Assembly: GCA_030141605.1 (NCBI GenBank)
Contig: JAQGDQ010000243.1
Span: 1 to 64,000, forward strand
Source: Tubiluchus corallicola
Taxonomy: Eukaryota > Animalia > Priapulida
Length of the DNA: 64,000 nucleotides
Direction: 5' to 3'
The position numbers were made by a program, and so were the translations under genes. Shown in pieces: positions 40,178-54,893 of the stretch (its first letter is position 1; each line of letters starts with the position of its first letter). Below the pieces are notes generated by a model. That model ran no database searches, was not told the origin of the DNA, and saw only the letters and a program-made list of their open reading frames with translations.

Positions 40178-42432
40178 GGTCAAGCAAGAAGCATGAAATG
40201 ACACATAGCACAAGTTGTACAACGCCCAATTTAAAAAAAAATAATTTCAGTTTGATTTCCATGAAAAGGCTCATTTTAGACCCACGCTCGTTGTTGCACG
40301 GTCACGCTATGTTGGACGTTTACTCCAATTTCTCATTTCTGCATGCGATACAACTGGCGCATTAAACTCTACCGTCCTTGTTCACATTAAAATCACTCAT
40401 TGCCAGAGTCTGGTTTCATTTGGGAAGCCTATTCTTAGCACTAGCTCCGCGAGATCTTCGTCATTGTTTTGACAGGAGTGGCATAGTCTAGGCGGTGAGC
40501 ACAAAAGAGGGCAATAACACTGCAATACAGCAGCTTCATGCAGCTCAAAAACACGAAAGCGGATATCTGCTGATTACACAAAAGGGGTGAAATTACCGTC
40601 GTTTTCTAGTTTAATCAGACACATTAGACGTTAACATCCAAAGATATGTAAAACTGTTTAGTTCTTAAAACGTCACCTTCTGAAGCTAAACTATTTCGTC
40701 CCCCAACACTCCTCATTCACTCGTTCGTTCGTTCGTTCGTCCGTTCGTTCGTTCAGTCAGTCACTCACTTATTAACTCACTCATGCATTCATTCATTTAA
40801 ATACACCACTCAAATAACAACTACTACACGACCGTTAACGCCATTAATAATGCGAGTAGGATAAGTTAACACACAAAAATCAAGTTTAATTCAATTCAAT
40901 TTTATTTTCTCAATAGCAGTTAAAATTCGGCATAATTATTTTTACATTTCATTGCAGCTGAGAAGGAACAGCGAACGACCTATTGGTCACTTGGTCAGTT
41001 GCCCCTTATTAAAAATACAAGTTTACTCACAGGCTCATGACATTTTTAGGTGTTTGTGTATATATAAAAGGCAAAAGCAACAAAGGATGTCTTGACTTGG
41101 TAACAGTTTGGCTTTTCACCAACCCGTCTCTGCACAGGCACGCTGACTGGTACATTTACTGCAATTGTATATTTGCTTTATATAGCGAGAGAGGCAAATA
41201 AATTGAAAACGAATTTGAATTTGGTTTCATTAACATAAATCTAACATTATTAGGCACCAGCGTGGATAAATAAAAAGATATTAGCAAGCAAATAATGAAT
41301 AATTGCAAAACTCATTGCGCAGAGTTTCTTATCTGATGACACGACGATTTTTGTCTTTTTTATCGAACTTGTTCGCCCTGCTCTCTCTATTTCTTTCGGT
41401 TACTGTTTGTTTAGCATCCTCATAGTTTAACGCCTCAAATGAAACTATAAACAAAAAGTCTTCTACCAACAATTTCAAGTCGTCAGTGAAGCCTAATCTT
41501 GCTGAAACCATTTGCTCCTGCCTTCCTCCTCTTCCTACAATGCATTCACAAGTCGCTAGACGGAAACAAGAACGCAATCCTCACGACCAGGCTTTATATA
41601 GCAACTCGAACGAAGCAGAGCATTCAGTTTTGTAATTTAATGAAAGGCACAAATATTTGTACAGAACGTGGAAGCCATTGAATAAGCCTTGGCGCTGTGT
41701 TATGTCAGCTTATTGAAAGACAATTGGAAGTCCCGTGCATTAGTGCGCAAGACGAGCAATAGATGGCATCAACACATCTAAAGTTAATTGTAGTCAATGA
41801 TGATAGACATTGCGTAATGAGTCATTGATTATGACAAAGACGATGACAGCAAAGATGAATTAATTGTATTCGTAGTTATAACATGGCCGTATTGATACTT
41901 ATAGTACTTGACAGATTTGAAAGTAGCGTACAGTGATGATTGATAGCAGCGATGATGACAATGATCACAATTTGAAATAGTTCCACCTCGGAGGAATAGC
42001 CCCGACTTGAAAAAAAATTTAAAAAAAAATTAAAACGTTAAGGTCCCTCAAGAAAATGTGAGGTCACTGCTAAGCATTCGTGAATGTGTTTAACCATTTG
42101 GTGAAAACGACACATTAAATGAAAAGGAACGCGTGACACATTTAATTACCCAAGTCGCTGATAAAACATACGAAAAACTAAAAAAACGAAACGACCACAT
42201 TATCGATTGTTGCGATTAAGGTTTTCATGGATAACATGAGGCACTTAAATGTAAAAAAAAACAAGAAAGGCAGAGATCATTCAGAAATATAGTCGTCAGG
42301 ATGAACAGGTATAGTTGGGTATAGAATAAGAAAGGCAAAGTTTTGAATAGAGTACAAAGAAAACGCATCGCGGTTAGTTTTAGCTTCGACACACAAGTGA
42401 TAAAATGTGAACAGAGCAACAAATAACTGGAA

Positions 42433-42787
42433 CTTATTAATAAAAGAAAGTTAATCTATGTACCCTAATCAGCCTTCTCTTAATATACAAAGCAGTTCAA
42501 TTCCTCTAACTTTATTTTCAAACACTTAGCCATTTGTTACTGTATCAATTCTTATTAATAAAAGAAAGTTAATCTATGTACCCTAATCAGCCTTCTCTTA
42601 ATGTACAAAGCAGTTCAATTCCTCTAACTTTATTTTCAAACACTTAGCTATTTGTTACTGTATCAATTCTTATTAATAAAAGAAGGTTAATCTATGTACC
42701 CTAATAAGCCTTCTCTTAATGTACAAAGCAGTTCAATTCCTCTAACTTTATTTTCAAACACTTAGCTATTTGTTACTGTATCAATTC
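42433..42787. repeat. 118-bp tandem repeat, 3 copies
   Basis: Units start at 42433, 42551 and 42669. Confidence 0.95.
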
Positions 42788-42789
42788 CT

Positions 42790-43290
42790 TTTATACTGGT
42801 CTGCTTAATCATTACCTATTTGGCTTTTGTAAATACATAATTAGTACATAATTTACTGTTATCAATTTCTTTACACCTCTGCTTAATCATTACCTATTTG
42901 GCGTTTTGTAAATACATAATTAGTGCATAATTTACTGTATCAATTTCTTTACACCTCTGCTTAATCATTACCTATTTGGCTTTGGAAATACATAATTAGT
43001 ACATAATTTACTGTATCAATTTCTTTACACCTCTGCTTAATCATTACCTATTTGGCTTTTTGTAAATACGTAATTAGTGCTTAAGTTACTGTATCAATTT
43101 CTTTTCTTCAGGTCTGCTTAATCAATGCCTATTTGCATTCTGTTAACTACTTAATTAGTACATAATTTACTGTATTAATTTCTTTTCTACCAGTCTACTT
43201 GTTCATTGCCTATTTGGCTTCTGTTATGTACATAATTAGTGCATAATTTACTGTATAAATTTCTTTTCTTCAGGTCTGTTTATTCATTAC
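42790..43290. repeat. ~80-bp degenerate tandem repeat, ~6 copies
   Basis: CTGCTTAATCATTACCTATTTGGC...ACTGTATCAATT recurs. Confidence 0.9.
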
Positions 43291-44922
43291 CAACACAACA
43301 TTTATGCACCGTCGCTCATTACCCTATAAACAGGAAAGTGGACACGCAAAGAAAATTTGTTCAACATCTAGACAGATGTCCCGAAGCTTTTATAAAACCA
43401 CGGCCTGCTTAAAAACACATTTTTGTCCTTTTAATTCTATTTTCCGCTTCGTGCTTATTCGTGCTTCAACTTCCCTTAATCGTGTGCTCTTCTGTGTAAT
43501 CTAACAAGCTCTAAACATCCTGACCCATTTATATTTTTCCTGATGAAAACAATGGTCCGCTCACGCATCTCATATGCTTATCGTATGGTCTTCCTATAAA
43601 GAATACTATGACAACGGAACGTGTGCAATACTTCCAGCGTCACTGTTTATTTTTTTCTACAAAAGCTAAACATACTTGGTAGATTATCAGCCCAGGGTGA
43701 GCCATTGGCGGGATTCAAGCCGGCACTAGCTGGTCTACCACCAAGATAACATGACCACATTACGCAGTTATAATGGTCAACCAGCCTGTTAGGTTAAAAA
43801 CAAATCCGAGCGCAAACAGGCACCGGTATAACTCTTGGAAATATGCCTGCTTATTGACTTTTTCCTGCTATGATAAATTACCCCTCGAGTCGATCACAAA
43901 GAAATAACACAAACCATCTGTTATCAACAACTACGAGAGCCAACAGACGCTTTCCATAAGAATTTCTCTTACAAACTACAAGCAAACAGGAGAGAATAGA
44001 TTGGGCCGATCCCGTTTCATGGCAAGAAACCCGCCATGTTTCACATACCAGGCACAATAATTCTGTGTGTGATTATCACCGGAATTCGTCAGAAATACCA
44101 GTGTAAGTTAGTGTCACGTATCTACTGAATTGTAATTTTCCCAGAAAAGATATGAAGTCGGGTCGTTATTTTTACAAAGGTTTGATGACAGCATGATACA
44201 CTATAAAATTTTTCCGACGAAACAAAGCAGAATCGCCTTTATGCGCCTCGGCAGAAACAATATTCGATGTTGTTTATAGTTTTCCACAGACAATAACCAG
44301 TTGCTCTCAAAGAAACCAGTATGATGGCGGTCGTTATTCGGAACAAAAAGCTGTTAGGCGAAAACTATAATGTTATTGAGTGACATTTCGCAATACGAAG
44401 GTAAAATAAAGCCAACAAAACACGAATAATAAAACTGAAGGAACACACAAAGTGCAAAGTGCAAAAAATGCAAAAGGCAAATTGGCAATTTGACAAAAGA
44501 CATTTGATATTAAGTCATAAAAGTGAAAAAATGAGCGATAATTTTAATGCACTTTTTAATTAATTCGCTTTTCCAAAACATTATTACCCAGTAGTAATCT
44601 TAACTTTAATGGTAATAAGTGAGTTCATATGCCTTCGTGGATTTCGTGCAGTGTTTAGAGGACTTAGTTCCAACAAAAAAACCAATACCTTTATTCATTT
44701 CACGATGAATTGCATAAGCTGACCAGGGAATCTGAGTGAACATATAGTTTCGTAATTTTTATTTAAGGGGACACTAGTTCGTAATATCTCCAAGACACTA
44801 TTTACAACACTAGACAGCAACCAAAAATGTTATTAAACTAGCGCAAGCTTAATACCTTAAATGAGACAAACTCGATTATATTGATATGAGAATACATCTC
44901 TTGGAAGAAACCAGCCAGCCAG

Positions 44923-45332
44923 TAGGGGTGAGCATTCTCTACCAAAAAGCGAATTCGAATCGAACCGAATTTGTGGCTTTCGAATTCGAATCGAACCGAA
45001 CTTCAGTGCTTCGAATTCGAACCGAATTCGAATTGAGATCGAAAGATTTTCGAGCAAGTTTTCGAACCACCAGCAAAAATTAGTCTTACAAAGATCATGC
45101 ATATCAATAGATTTTGTTCTGCAATAAAACGACTAGTAATTTCTTTAAAATTGTGTGCAGAAATCACTGCTAAATCATGTTAATTACATGATGTTTCAAT
45201 CGTTTTAGTGATAAAGAACATGTGTGATTGAAGTGTTGAATTATTCGAATCTATAGTTTTATTCGAAACTAAAAAAAACGCGTTCGAATTCGATTCAAAC
45301 GTTCGAACTCGAACGTTCGATGCTCAGCCCTA
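44923..45332. mobile_element. hAT-type MITE with TTCGAA subterminal repeats
   Basis: TIRs TAGGGGTGAGCAT / ATGCTCAGCCCTA; degenerate 8-bp TSD CCAGCCAG/CCAGACAA. Confidence 0.8.
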
Positions 45333-46319
45333 CCAGACAATCACAATGATGGGGAATGTCAATTTTTCGGCGTATTTTCGCAGCCGCCGAACAGTGAAGT
45401 CGCGGAAAATGGGCGCAATGGCGTTTACATGCAACTTGCGAAAGATTGCACGCTCTTGCGCACAGTATGGTACTCTCTAGCGTGCGTAATCCATACAAAG
45501 ATTAATTTTACTTGTTATTTATATATGTAAATATCAAACAACCAACCACGCCACTGAAGCGAAGCCAACTAGTTTAAGCATATAAGCAAGAGAGAGAAAG
45601 GGACTCTATTTTTGCATGTTATTACGCTAATGCAAAGGTAATTATTGTACTGCATATTTTCGACGCTGGGTCACATGTTAAAACACAAAAGAGTATGCAA
45701 TGACAAAAGTTGAAGCACAGTTGCCAGGTCATAGGATTATAATTTCAGATCACCAGATGCGTGTCACATCATGCTTGCCCCGTCCCATCTCTGCAAACTG
45801 CCGGGCATTTATATGCTGACTATAATGGCAGATACAGAGGTCAATATTTCTAGCAAAGTTACTATCAGCACTATGCAAACTGTTTATTACCGACTGCCTT
45901 TATAAACAATCTACTCTTACCAAAGCTCTACCACAAAACCTAAACGAAATTTACAAACAAATTTCCGAACAAATATCAGTCGGTTGAGTTACAGCACAGT
46001 CCGCTTCTGCGCTTGTGGCAAAAATAGCATCGGCTAGTGGGAATCCGCTCTAATGCCCGCGGTCAGATGAGGCCAAAATGACCAAGGAAAAGCAAGAGTA
46101 TCACGTTACTGAAAAGAAACGTTACTCGAAGAATGTAAACAGTTTGATGGCTAGTCCCTTTGCTTCGGTTTCGCGCAATGTTTGGAAAAAATCTTTGGAT
46201 AAACAACGTCAGCTAGTTGTAACGAATATTTCGAAATTTCTGAATCATGGTTGACAAAAAAAGTAAAACTGCTTGAACTGCACTTGCCTGCCCAGGGTCT
46301 ACAATAAACGTAATGGATA

Positions 46320-46412
46320 TATGACGACGATGACGACGACGACGACGACGATGATGATGATGACGACGATGACGATGATGATGACGATGACGATGACAAC
46401 GATGATGATGAT
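46320..46412. repeat. (GAT/GAC)n trinucleotide repeat
   Basis: Direct inspection. Confidence 0.9.
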
Positions 46413-48209
46413 GAATTGTTACCTTAGTTGCGTCATAATAATTATCTTATTAAATTAAAGTTGATGTTGTTTCGTGAGTTTAGTTACATTGTCGGCAGCA
46501 ACAATATGACTGATACTACAAACCTGAATTTTCTTTTAACGTATTTTTAGATGTGCAAAATAGAAGAAAATTATTAAATAACATTATTAAATATATTATT
46601 GTAGGTGTAAAACAGTAAAATATAATAACCCTATCTTAGAAATTTTGCAATTTTTTGGGGGTTGCCGTTCTAGCAGGATGTATATAAAATTGGTTTTCCA
46701 GATATTACTTGCGGATCTATCAAAAATATGGGGGAATGAAAATACAATGAGTAAGGCCTACGCATTGCTTTGAAATATTAAAAAGAAAGCACTATTCAGA
46801 TATTAAATAAAATATACATTTGAACCGTAATACTTAACATCAAATTCAAACATTCATCCACATAGTGCTTCGGAGTTCAGAATAAAAACATCCAGTTTAT
46901 AACAAAGTTTCTTTCTGATTTCACAATAGCATTCAACATTTAAGGTTTTGCCATATCACCTCCTACTAGAACTTTGAGTTAAATTAATAATTTATTCGCA
47001 AGTGTAAGTATTGTTGGGTAGATGTGCATTTGGGGGTTTAAAGTATGCATAAGTAGATATGCATTAAGTATTTTTCATAAATCTGAGTCTGGAAAAGTTC
47101 CGAGATAGGAGCCAAAAGATGAAGGGCAAACACTGCAACTCAACTTCTCTTACAGTATTGGACTAAGGATGAAAGTTTTTACATATATGTATAGTGGCCA
47201 AGATGACAAAGTTGACAAAATCTTCAGTTTCTCACGCTATCAGAAACAACCGCAAAGTAGCCAATATTGGTTAATGTTTCAAACTTACACAAAGTTCACA
47301 CTCACTCGCAATCAAAAATCTACTTACAATCTACAACCAAACGTGAAAACGAAAAACTGAAATCAATTCTTATTGGGTCTTTAATACCACTGTTTATCGT
47401 TTTGTAAGCTGCTGCTATGTTGCTACTCCCTGCGTATGACGTCAATCCATCGTCACCGTTATGTGCCCCTAAACTATCCTTGCGCCGGTATGAAAAACAA
47501 TTATCGTAACAATGACAAAATGGCATTACATTTACGCGGTAGTTCAAAACCTCCCTTTTGCGTATAATCTTTTTGCTATGGATCAATGCTACTGTGTAAT
47601 AATTCTGACTCAAACATCAAAAAGTAGATCTTATGTGCTTTTGTATGATATCGAGAATTCGGTATAGAAGCTCAGTACAAACAATGCCAATTAATGTGTG
47701 ATCGACAAGTATTTTACAAACTTTGCTAAACTGAAGCCGCCCAGAGTAGCGGATTCCGCCCCTAATCTGAGTGAAACCCGACCCAGCTAGCATCCTGAGC
47801 AGAGAGGACATGTGTGCGGGACAGATAACTGTACAATGGAGTTAATATTAGAGCCAACTTCTAGAGTTACGCTGGCCGACAAAACATGTCCTTTTATGAG
47901 ACTGAGTTTCTCCAGAAAGTACGTTTTAATAACAAGCTCGCAGAGATAATAGAACAAGTATCATAAACTATATCGAGTGCTGGTGTTTATTGGCAGTATA
48001 AACGCATTCTTCTGCCACGTGTGAACGGGGGATTAGAACTACGTGCAAACATCTTGTTTTCCTGATTCTAGTGGGAATAATTGGCGCACTGGAGGAATTA
48101 TCGAGACCACGGTGTGTAAACAAGAAGCGGTACTCTCTGCAGTTAGAGTTTGATTCCTGTTCACCCACTCCCCCCACCAGTGTTACGGTTACTTTGACCT
48201 ACCATTTTG

Positions 48210-48330
48210 ATCATCAGCATCTTCGTCGTCGTTGTCATTGTCATCATCATCATCATCGTCATCATCATTTTCGTCATCGTCATCATCGTCGTCGTCGTCG
48301 TCGTCGTCATCATCATCATCACCACCACAA
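48210..48330. repeat. (CAT/CGT)n trinucleotide repeat
   Basis: Direct inspection. Confidence 0.9.
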
Positions 48331-50717
48331 CAATTTCCATTGTAGTTAAAACGTCCATGCTCTGTTGAGAAACGGTTCATTTTTAATTTGTATTGACAAA
48401 AACAGCAGAATAACCGTCTTTGTTACTAACAACAAAGGATAAAAACTAAAGTTTCTTACAGCGTTTACAATTTGCGCATGCGCATAACTTTGACGTTTGA
48501 TTTAGTTTATGCAAATCAGTATATCAAGCCTACGAAATGGTTTTGACACAAGGTTCGGATCAACCAAATTAAACAGTACATAATTTCGTGACAAATTTTC
48601 ATTGAAAATACTAAGTAAGAAAACAAAATTCAGACTACAATAGGAAATTTAGATGTGATGGCAACACAAACATTTGGCTACAATCTGAATTTATACGTGC
48701 TAACACGGGATTCCAATGTAAAGCTTCACAAGAAGCCCTTCCTGTTTACATTTAGCAGCATTATCTTTCAATTACAGTTTACCAGTCTTCAGTACAGAAT
48801 AACCATTATCAGTTAAACAGACAAGGTGCTGAGTCTGACAATGTGCAGAGATACAGAGAAGTGCAACAAATATAGAATATTTAAGATAATTTTTTTTTAA
48901 GTTTTCCGAGTGTGACACGTATATTGTAACAACGATCTATTTATGCAAGTCGGGCGTCGAAAAGAATCAGTGCAAAGCGTATATCGATACAATAACCAAA
49001 GCCTGACCATTTCGTGATTGCCTTACATTTCTGTTTAGCCTTACATTTTGCTGCAACTGATTTCACAAGTTCATCTGAACAACTCATAATCACTTCCAGT
49101 TAACAAGTCTTTACACTCTAATTACGGATACAGTTCGACTGTGGATGGAGTTTCACTAAAAGCGAAAGTATTGTCACCACGCTTGCACTTGTATACCATA
49201 CTACCGAGGATACCAAATGGTCGCGTGAAGTACTTTAGTACAGGTGCATTTGAGAATACATTTAGTATAACTAGCCTATACTATTAAAATGTGTGTGAAA
49301 AATTGGGGTTTAGTTCATGATTCTGTACAGTAATTGCAAAAGTGATCACTGAGTGCTACTTGTAACCATTTGTCATGAGGTTAATTATTTGTTATATCAC
49401 TGAGAGAGTGCCTAAACCCCGTTGTCTGGCATCATGATTCTGGTGTTAGGATGAAGTGTAAGCAAGACGCAATGACTTTTCAAAGAAATATTTAGTGTCT
49501 ACCTTCATGCCTCTGGTACGTAAATTTTGAAGAAATGTTTGATAAACATCTGACATTAACCATGCAAAACAACAATGATGATGGTGACGACGATGAAAAC
49601 GACGACGACGATGACGACGACGAATTAGACTGCTAGTACAACATTCCAGGGGCATTCGAAATGAAGCGTATCTCACCGTATCTCTTTGTTCAGGAGACTT
49701 CCTTGTTTGCAAAGCGTCTTTCTCACGGTAACTATGTCAAGGTGAAGAAAAATGCTTCGGGCTAAAATATTTATCACGGATAAAAATAAATGATGACATT
49801 GACAGGAAATGTGTTATACTTGTCGTATTATTTTTAGCAGTGGAGTCCGGGACGACGATAAGATACAGTGTAACCGATCCGGGTTTTTGCCGCGGAGATG
49901 ACGCTGGGCTTCAATGAAAAACGCGTTACAAACCAGCGCAACGTTTTTTGGCTTCATTATTTAGCTCGCGTTGCTAAAAGAGTCAGTATAATTATGCGTA
50001 AAGTTGCAATAATCGAATCGTAAAGTGCAAAGGATTGCTCCCGTAAGTTCTGCCGTTTAAAAAAATTAAATATCTGAGTGCGCATGCGTATCCGAGTGCG
50101 TATTAGTTCTCAGGTACGTGTGACACAATGCTAGACACTGTTTGCACGTAAAGCTCTCTTCTCTTTCTTGTCTTCGTCCCAGTTGGCTTACGTTGATGCT
50201 CTGTCTGTACTTTGTATTATGTGTTATGTCTGTAGTTATCACTTTAACGTCTAAGGTTGGGCAGTCAACGTGACTGGGTCCCCGCCAGGAGAGTTTGAAG
50301 ATAGCGAATTGGGACCGAAATCTTGATGTCTCACTTGATGACCCTTTCCTCTGATGGCAATTTTGTATGTGTGTGCCATTGTAGATTGTACGATTTGCAG
50401 TCGTTTGTCTCTTTTCATTTTCATTTTTTGTGTGTGGTGCTGATGTCGTGCGAGATTATAAAACATGCACAAAAAAAGCAAAATATGCATTGTTGCGAAA
50501 AAGGAAAGGATAACAATTTAGAAAAAACAACCCAGTATTTCGTTTTGAGCCTTACCACTTACTTTTTATGCTCTTTCCTCTAACGAAATAAAATTGCTAT
50601 AACTACAGTATCCTTTAACTCATGTTCTAAATTGATGCACATGAGCGAGAGCAGCACATGATAAAAGAGCTACCACTATTATTACTGTTACTATCAAAGC
50701 GTTTTGAATAAAATTAA

Positions 50718-50930
50718 TACTACTACTACTGCTGTTACTGCTACTGCTACTGCTACTACTGCTACTGCTACTGCTACTGCTACAGCTACTGCGACTGCTA
50801 CAGCTACTACTACTGCTGCAGCTACTGCTACAGCTAGAGCTACTAATACTGCTACTGTGACTGCTACAGCTACAGCTACAGCTACTGCTACTACTAATGA
50901 TTAATGATAATGATAATGATAATGATAATA
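50718..50930. repeat. (GCTACT)n and (ATAATG)n repeats
   Basis: Direct inspection. Confidence 0.9.
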
Positions 50931-51244
50931 AGACTAATTAATAACAATAATATTGTTGTCATTATCTTCACTTTTATCACTAATTTTGACCTATTGTTTA
51001 GCACCACAGCAAGTCAATATCTGGCACTCAAAGGTTGAGCCTAGTACAAATGCTAAATGGTTGTGGAGGGACTGGAACCTATCTAGGTACATATCTGTTC
51101 AGTTTGTTCTTTCTTGAAATGCTTCAGTCTTGGTGTAGAGTTTTGGAAATAAAGCTATTTCCTCTTAAATATTGGAACTGTATACTAGGAATATCATATG
51201 AGTGATGATGAAACTAGCATAAGCAAACCACTTAAAAATACTAC

Positions 51245-51868
51245 CTTGGTTTGTTGGCGTTTCTCATTAGATAGTTGGTCACGAATGTTTTGCAATTGGC
51301 TAATCATTTCCGCCAACTTCCGGTCCCTCTCGTCTGCAGTGCTGCCCTCTAATGCTTCTTTCAATAGCCCACTGTCCACAACGACTAAATTTGTATCATT
51401 ACTAGTCTTCACTGTTATATCTGGCAAAGAATCTAATGCCATATCTCTATGATTCACTTCATCTGAAGGAATCTCATCAGTAGTGGCGACACCAGGCGCC
51501 ACGCCGCCATGAGTCCTCGCTAACCTCTTAAGTACATCGTTCATTGACTTTCTTGGCTTCGTGGCATTGTTGTTGGTCTCGGAAGAGCCGCTAGTTTGAT
51601 GAGAATCTAACGATTCTGATTCAGAGTCCGCATCAACGCCATCTAACCGCACACTTTGCATCAAGCGTTGTTTTTTGTTTTGTATGCACCGCGCAGTGTC
51701 GTCTGTCGGACTAGAGTGGTTCGTATCCACTATATGCATGGGAACGTCCATTTCACAGTCGCTGACAGAAGCTATATCGTTGTCACCATCGTCAGTGTCG
51801 TGGTTAAGGACTGGCACGTGTGAATCCTTCGAGAGCTTGATCGGCTGACTTTTACGCTTCGAAGACAT
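51245..51868 (-). CDS. SoxD: SoxD coding exon 1 (MSSKRKSQP... to the leucine zipper RDRKLAEMISQLQNIRDQL)
   Basis: SoxD-type MSSKRK start and coiled coil; acceptor TTTCAG one base before the ATG, so a non-coding exon lies upstream; donor AAG|GTAG, phase 0. Confidence 0.9.
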
Positions 51869-52214
51869 GCTGAAACAAAGCAAAATTCTGTTTTAATCAA
51901 TCTCTCCAGTGTGTTGTTCCTTTTTGTCAGGTTGAAATTAGTACAAAAAGGTCAAGACAAAAATTCATACTATCTTTAACAAAACATTCGAGCTCGTAAA
52001 GTTCAGATAGATAAATCATCGAAATGGAAAAACTCGCGATTGTAAACTTATAGACAAAACAAAAACTCTTAAGGATTATAAATAGATGCCGGCGCAGACA
52101 AAGGAAACGTGTCTTTACTACCTTGACCCAAAATATAATAAATTTTACATTTGTATAAGTTCTGGGAGTAGACGCGTAGACCAATCAACCAAACTATCAT
52201 CGAAGCGTGATTAA

Positions 52215-52672
52215 CCCTTTCAGTCCCAAATTGTTTTTTTAATAAGAAAAAAATTTTGGCTTGGTACTTTTGTTCAGTATGTCCATCTTGTTTACACATA
52301 ATAATTATTTTTTCTACCTGTGCCCGCGTGCTAAATATAGCCTGTTTCCCACGGGATACATTGGGATTCAATGGAAGCATAAAATGTGCTTCATTTTGCA
52401 ACTGCTGATAATTTTTTAAAGTATTTAAGACATTTAGTATGCACGCTATGCTGATCTGTACAAAGTCGTCTCTAAAGTACTGTACCTTGCGCAGTTTTTT
52501 ATGCTATGTAGATTTTCTACTTTGCCATTTTATCACTATTTTTAGTCTGTTACTATTGGCTTAAATCAAAATAACTATTAACAGATCAAATAACTGTCAG
52601 TTTTAAAATTTTATTAATTTTAAAGGCAGAAAATATTCTCGTATCCCACGGGATACAACGGGTATGAAAGGG
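52215..52672. mobile_element. piggyBac-type MITE
   Basis: TTAA|CCCTTTCAGTCCC ... GGGTATGAAAGGG|TTAA; internal repeat CCCACGGGATACA. Confidence 0.8.
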
Positions 52673-52823
52673 TTAAACAAATCCCAGGCTGAACGTGTCA
52701 CCTGCGACTATTAATTTTGCTAATTAACAACGCTTTCCAATACGTTGAACAAAAACCTCGATGTTTGTCTAGACAATGCCGTTAAAATTGAGACGTTATA
52801 TGAAGCAGTTTGGACATTGTTGA

Positions 52824-53272
52824 TTAGATTAGATTTAATAGATTTATTTCGCAATAAACATATACATATACATTACATGTGCATCGATAATCAGTTTTTG
52901 TTAATACAAAATTATGATACAATTCATGAATTCTGCGCTAGAGACCTAAGAAGCTAGCTTATGCTAGGCCACTAGAATTAGTTACGAAAAAAATTACAAT
53001 ATATACAGATACAATATTACAATATATACAAATATAAATACGGGTGGGAAGTAATAAAAATATTATTATACTAGAGGGGAGGTTTTTGAAAATGAAAAAC
53101 AACAAATCATGATTGAGTGTTCAGTTATATGTTTCAAGTAAGTTTAATTGATAATTTTTTTAAATATGGACAGCGAGTTGGCATTTTTAATAGCTGGAGC
53201 AATTGAATTCCATATGTAAGGGCCATTGTATTTAATAGAAAATTTTCTAACATTTGTGTTGCACTGTATGTA
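52824..53272 (-). mobile_element. LINE family B, copy 3
   Basis: Near-identical to 26641-27170. Confidence 0.85.
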
Positions 53273-54063
53273 GCAGGTACAGTAAGTATTTTTTCTCTCA
53301 AACACCTTAAATAAAAAGAACCACATTATAATAAATGAAGTCAAAACTTAGGTGAAGACACAACATTTATTATTTGTATGTTTGCCATAAAACTTGCCAT
53401 AAAATATATGCAACTGCTAACTTCTGTCAGAACCTACTGCCAATCCAAACTGCCAGCAAAACAATAGCTCAATTCGGCCTGTATTATTCAATTATGTAGA
53501 CCTTTTACGACCAGGGTCTGAGTGGTTGGCAAAGGATCAGACTACACCAAGGTGGTCAGATTACATCAAACTGCAACATTCCCGAGCAAAATGATAAATT
53601 ATACATTAGACGACAAGGAGGAGAAATCAGTGCCAAGAACCGCGGAAACAATAGCCTGATCAATATCCATTATAGAGCATACCACGATGTAAAGGTTACG
53701 CGGGGAGGGGATTGTTATTTTCTACAGCACGTAATGTATGGCTTCCACATAGCAGTATAAACACTGACGGTATACTAATGTACTTTTACGGCAGCACTGT
53801 ATCTGCTTTACACGATAATAATTATAGTGAAAAAACTGATTAATCCCAGTTTCATCCTCTCAGAATATGACACGACTATAGTGCCCAAAAATTAATGCTT
53901 TGTCCTTTATATGTGATACTAGTTCAGTATAATGTGCCAACTATATGTCATAGTTAATGCCTAAAAGGCTATATCAAAGCTTTAGAAAACGTAATAGTCG
54001 TGAGAAATTAGTGCTTTTATTAATTGCCTTGCCTTTGAAACGCCTTATTTTCAATATGCTCTC

Positions 54064-54122
<59 letters not shown>
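54064..54122. repeat. (TTA)n microsatellite
   Basis: Direct inspection. Confidence 0.95.
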
Positions 54123-54125
<3 letters not shown>

Positions 54126-54354
54126 GAGAAATTCAAGTTCATTAATAATGTGTTTTCTAACACCCTCAACTGTTCTAGTATCTCGTCTTGCAAAATGTCT
54201 TTGACACTGAGACATATGTAGGAATGAAGCTTTTGTTATCTGTTTTTTTGTAGCTCTTTCACTTATTAACCTCACCCAAAAGGTAAGATTCAATTGCAGA
54301 CATGTGAGCCAAATTATTTTCACCAAATCTAGGGTCAAAACAATAAAGGGGTCA

Positions 54355-54493
54355 AGTTTACGATTCCCCACACCCAAGAAAGTAGTTCGTGAAGCGCATT
54401 AGGGTTAAGGGCTAGGATTAGCGTTAGGGTTAGGGTTACATTAGGGTTTGTGTTAGGGTTAAGGTATTTAAATTGTGTGGGGAATTGTAAACT
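54355..54493. mobile_element. Small inverted-repeat element enclosing degenerate TTAGGG repeats
   Basis: AGTTTACGATTCCCCACAC / GTGTGGGGAATTGTAAACT form a 19-bp IR (1 mismatch) around GGGTTA-like repeats. Confidence 0.6.
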
Positions 54494-54589
54494 CGTTTCC
54501 AATAAAGTATTACTGCAAAATGTTACACAGTTATGTATATAGATGTGTAATATTTTGCAGTGATACTTTATTGGGAACGAGTATATATA

Positions 54590-54893
54590 TATATATATAT
54601 AATTTTTATTTGCCATAAAAAATCGATATTCATAACTATAAAAGCATAAAAGAACATCGCAGCATGAGAATAAAATTCACACAACTGTTAAAGGCAAGTG
54701 CGTCCAGTGCAAACTAAAAACTACTGTGCCAAAAATTTAAAACAAAATGTACATTATAATGTTACACGCAAATTATAATAGACAATATACAATATATACG
54801 TATAATTTAAAACGGACGTGGGTAAATAAAATTTGTGGATGACTATATATTATCGTTTACGTATGTAGGGTTTTCAAAACGATTTAATGTATG
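54590..54893 (-). mobile_element. LINE family A 3'UTR copy with (TA)n tail
   Basis: Reverse complement of ~2975-3268. Confidence 0.85.

Noticed and set aside
43539-43560. Hammerhead ribozyme at CTGATGA (also near 41333)
   Set aside because: No flanking stems or correctly placed GAAA and cleavage triplet
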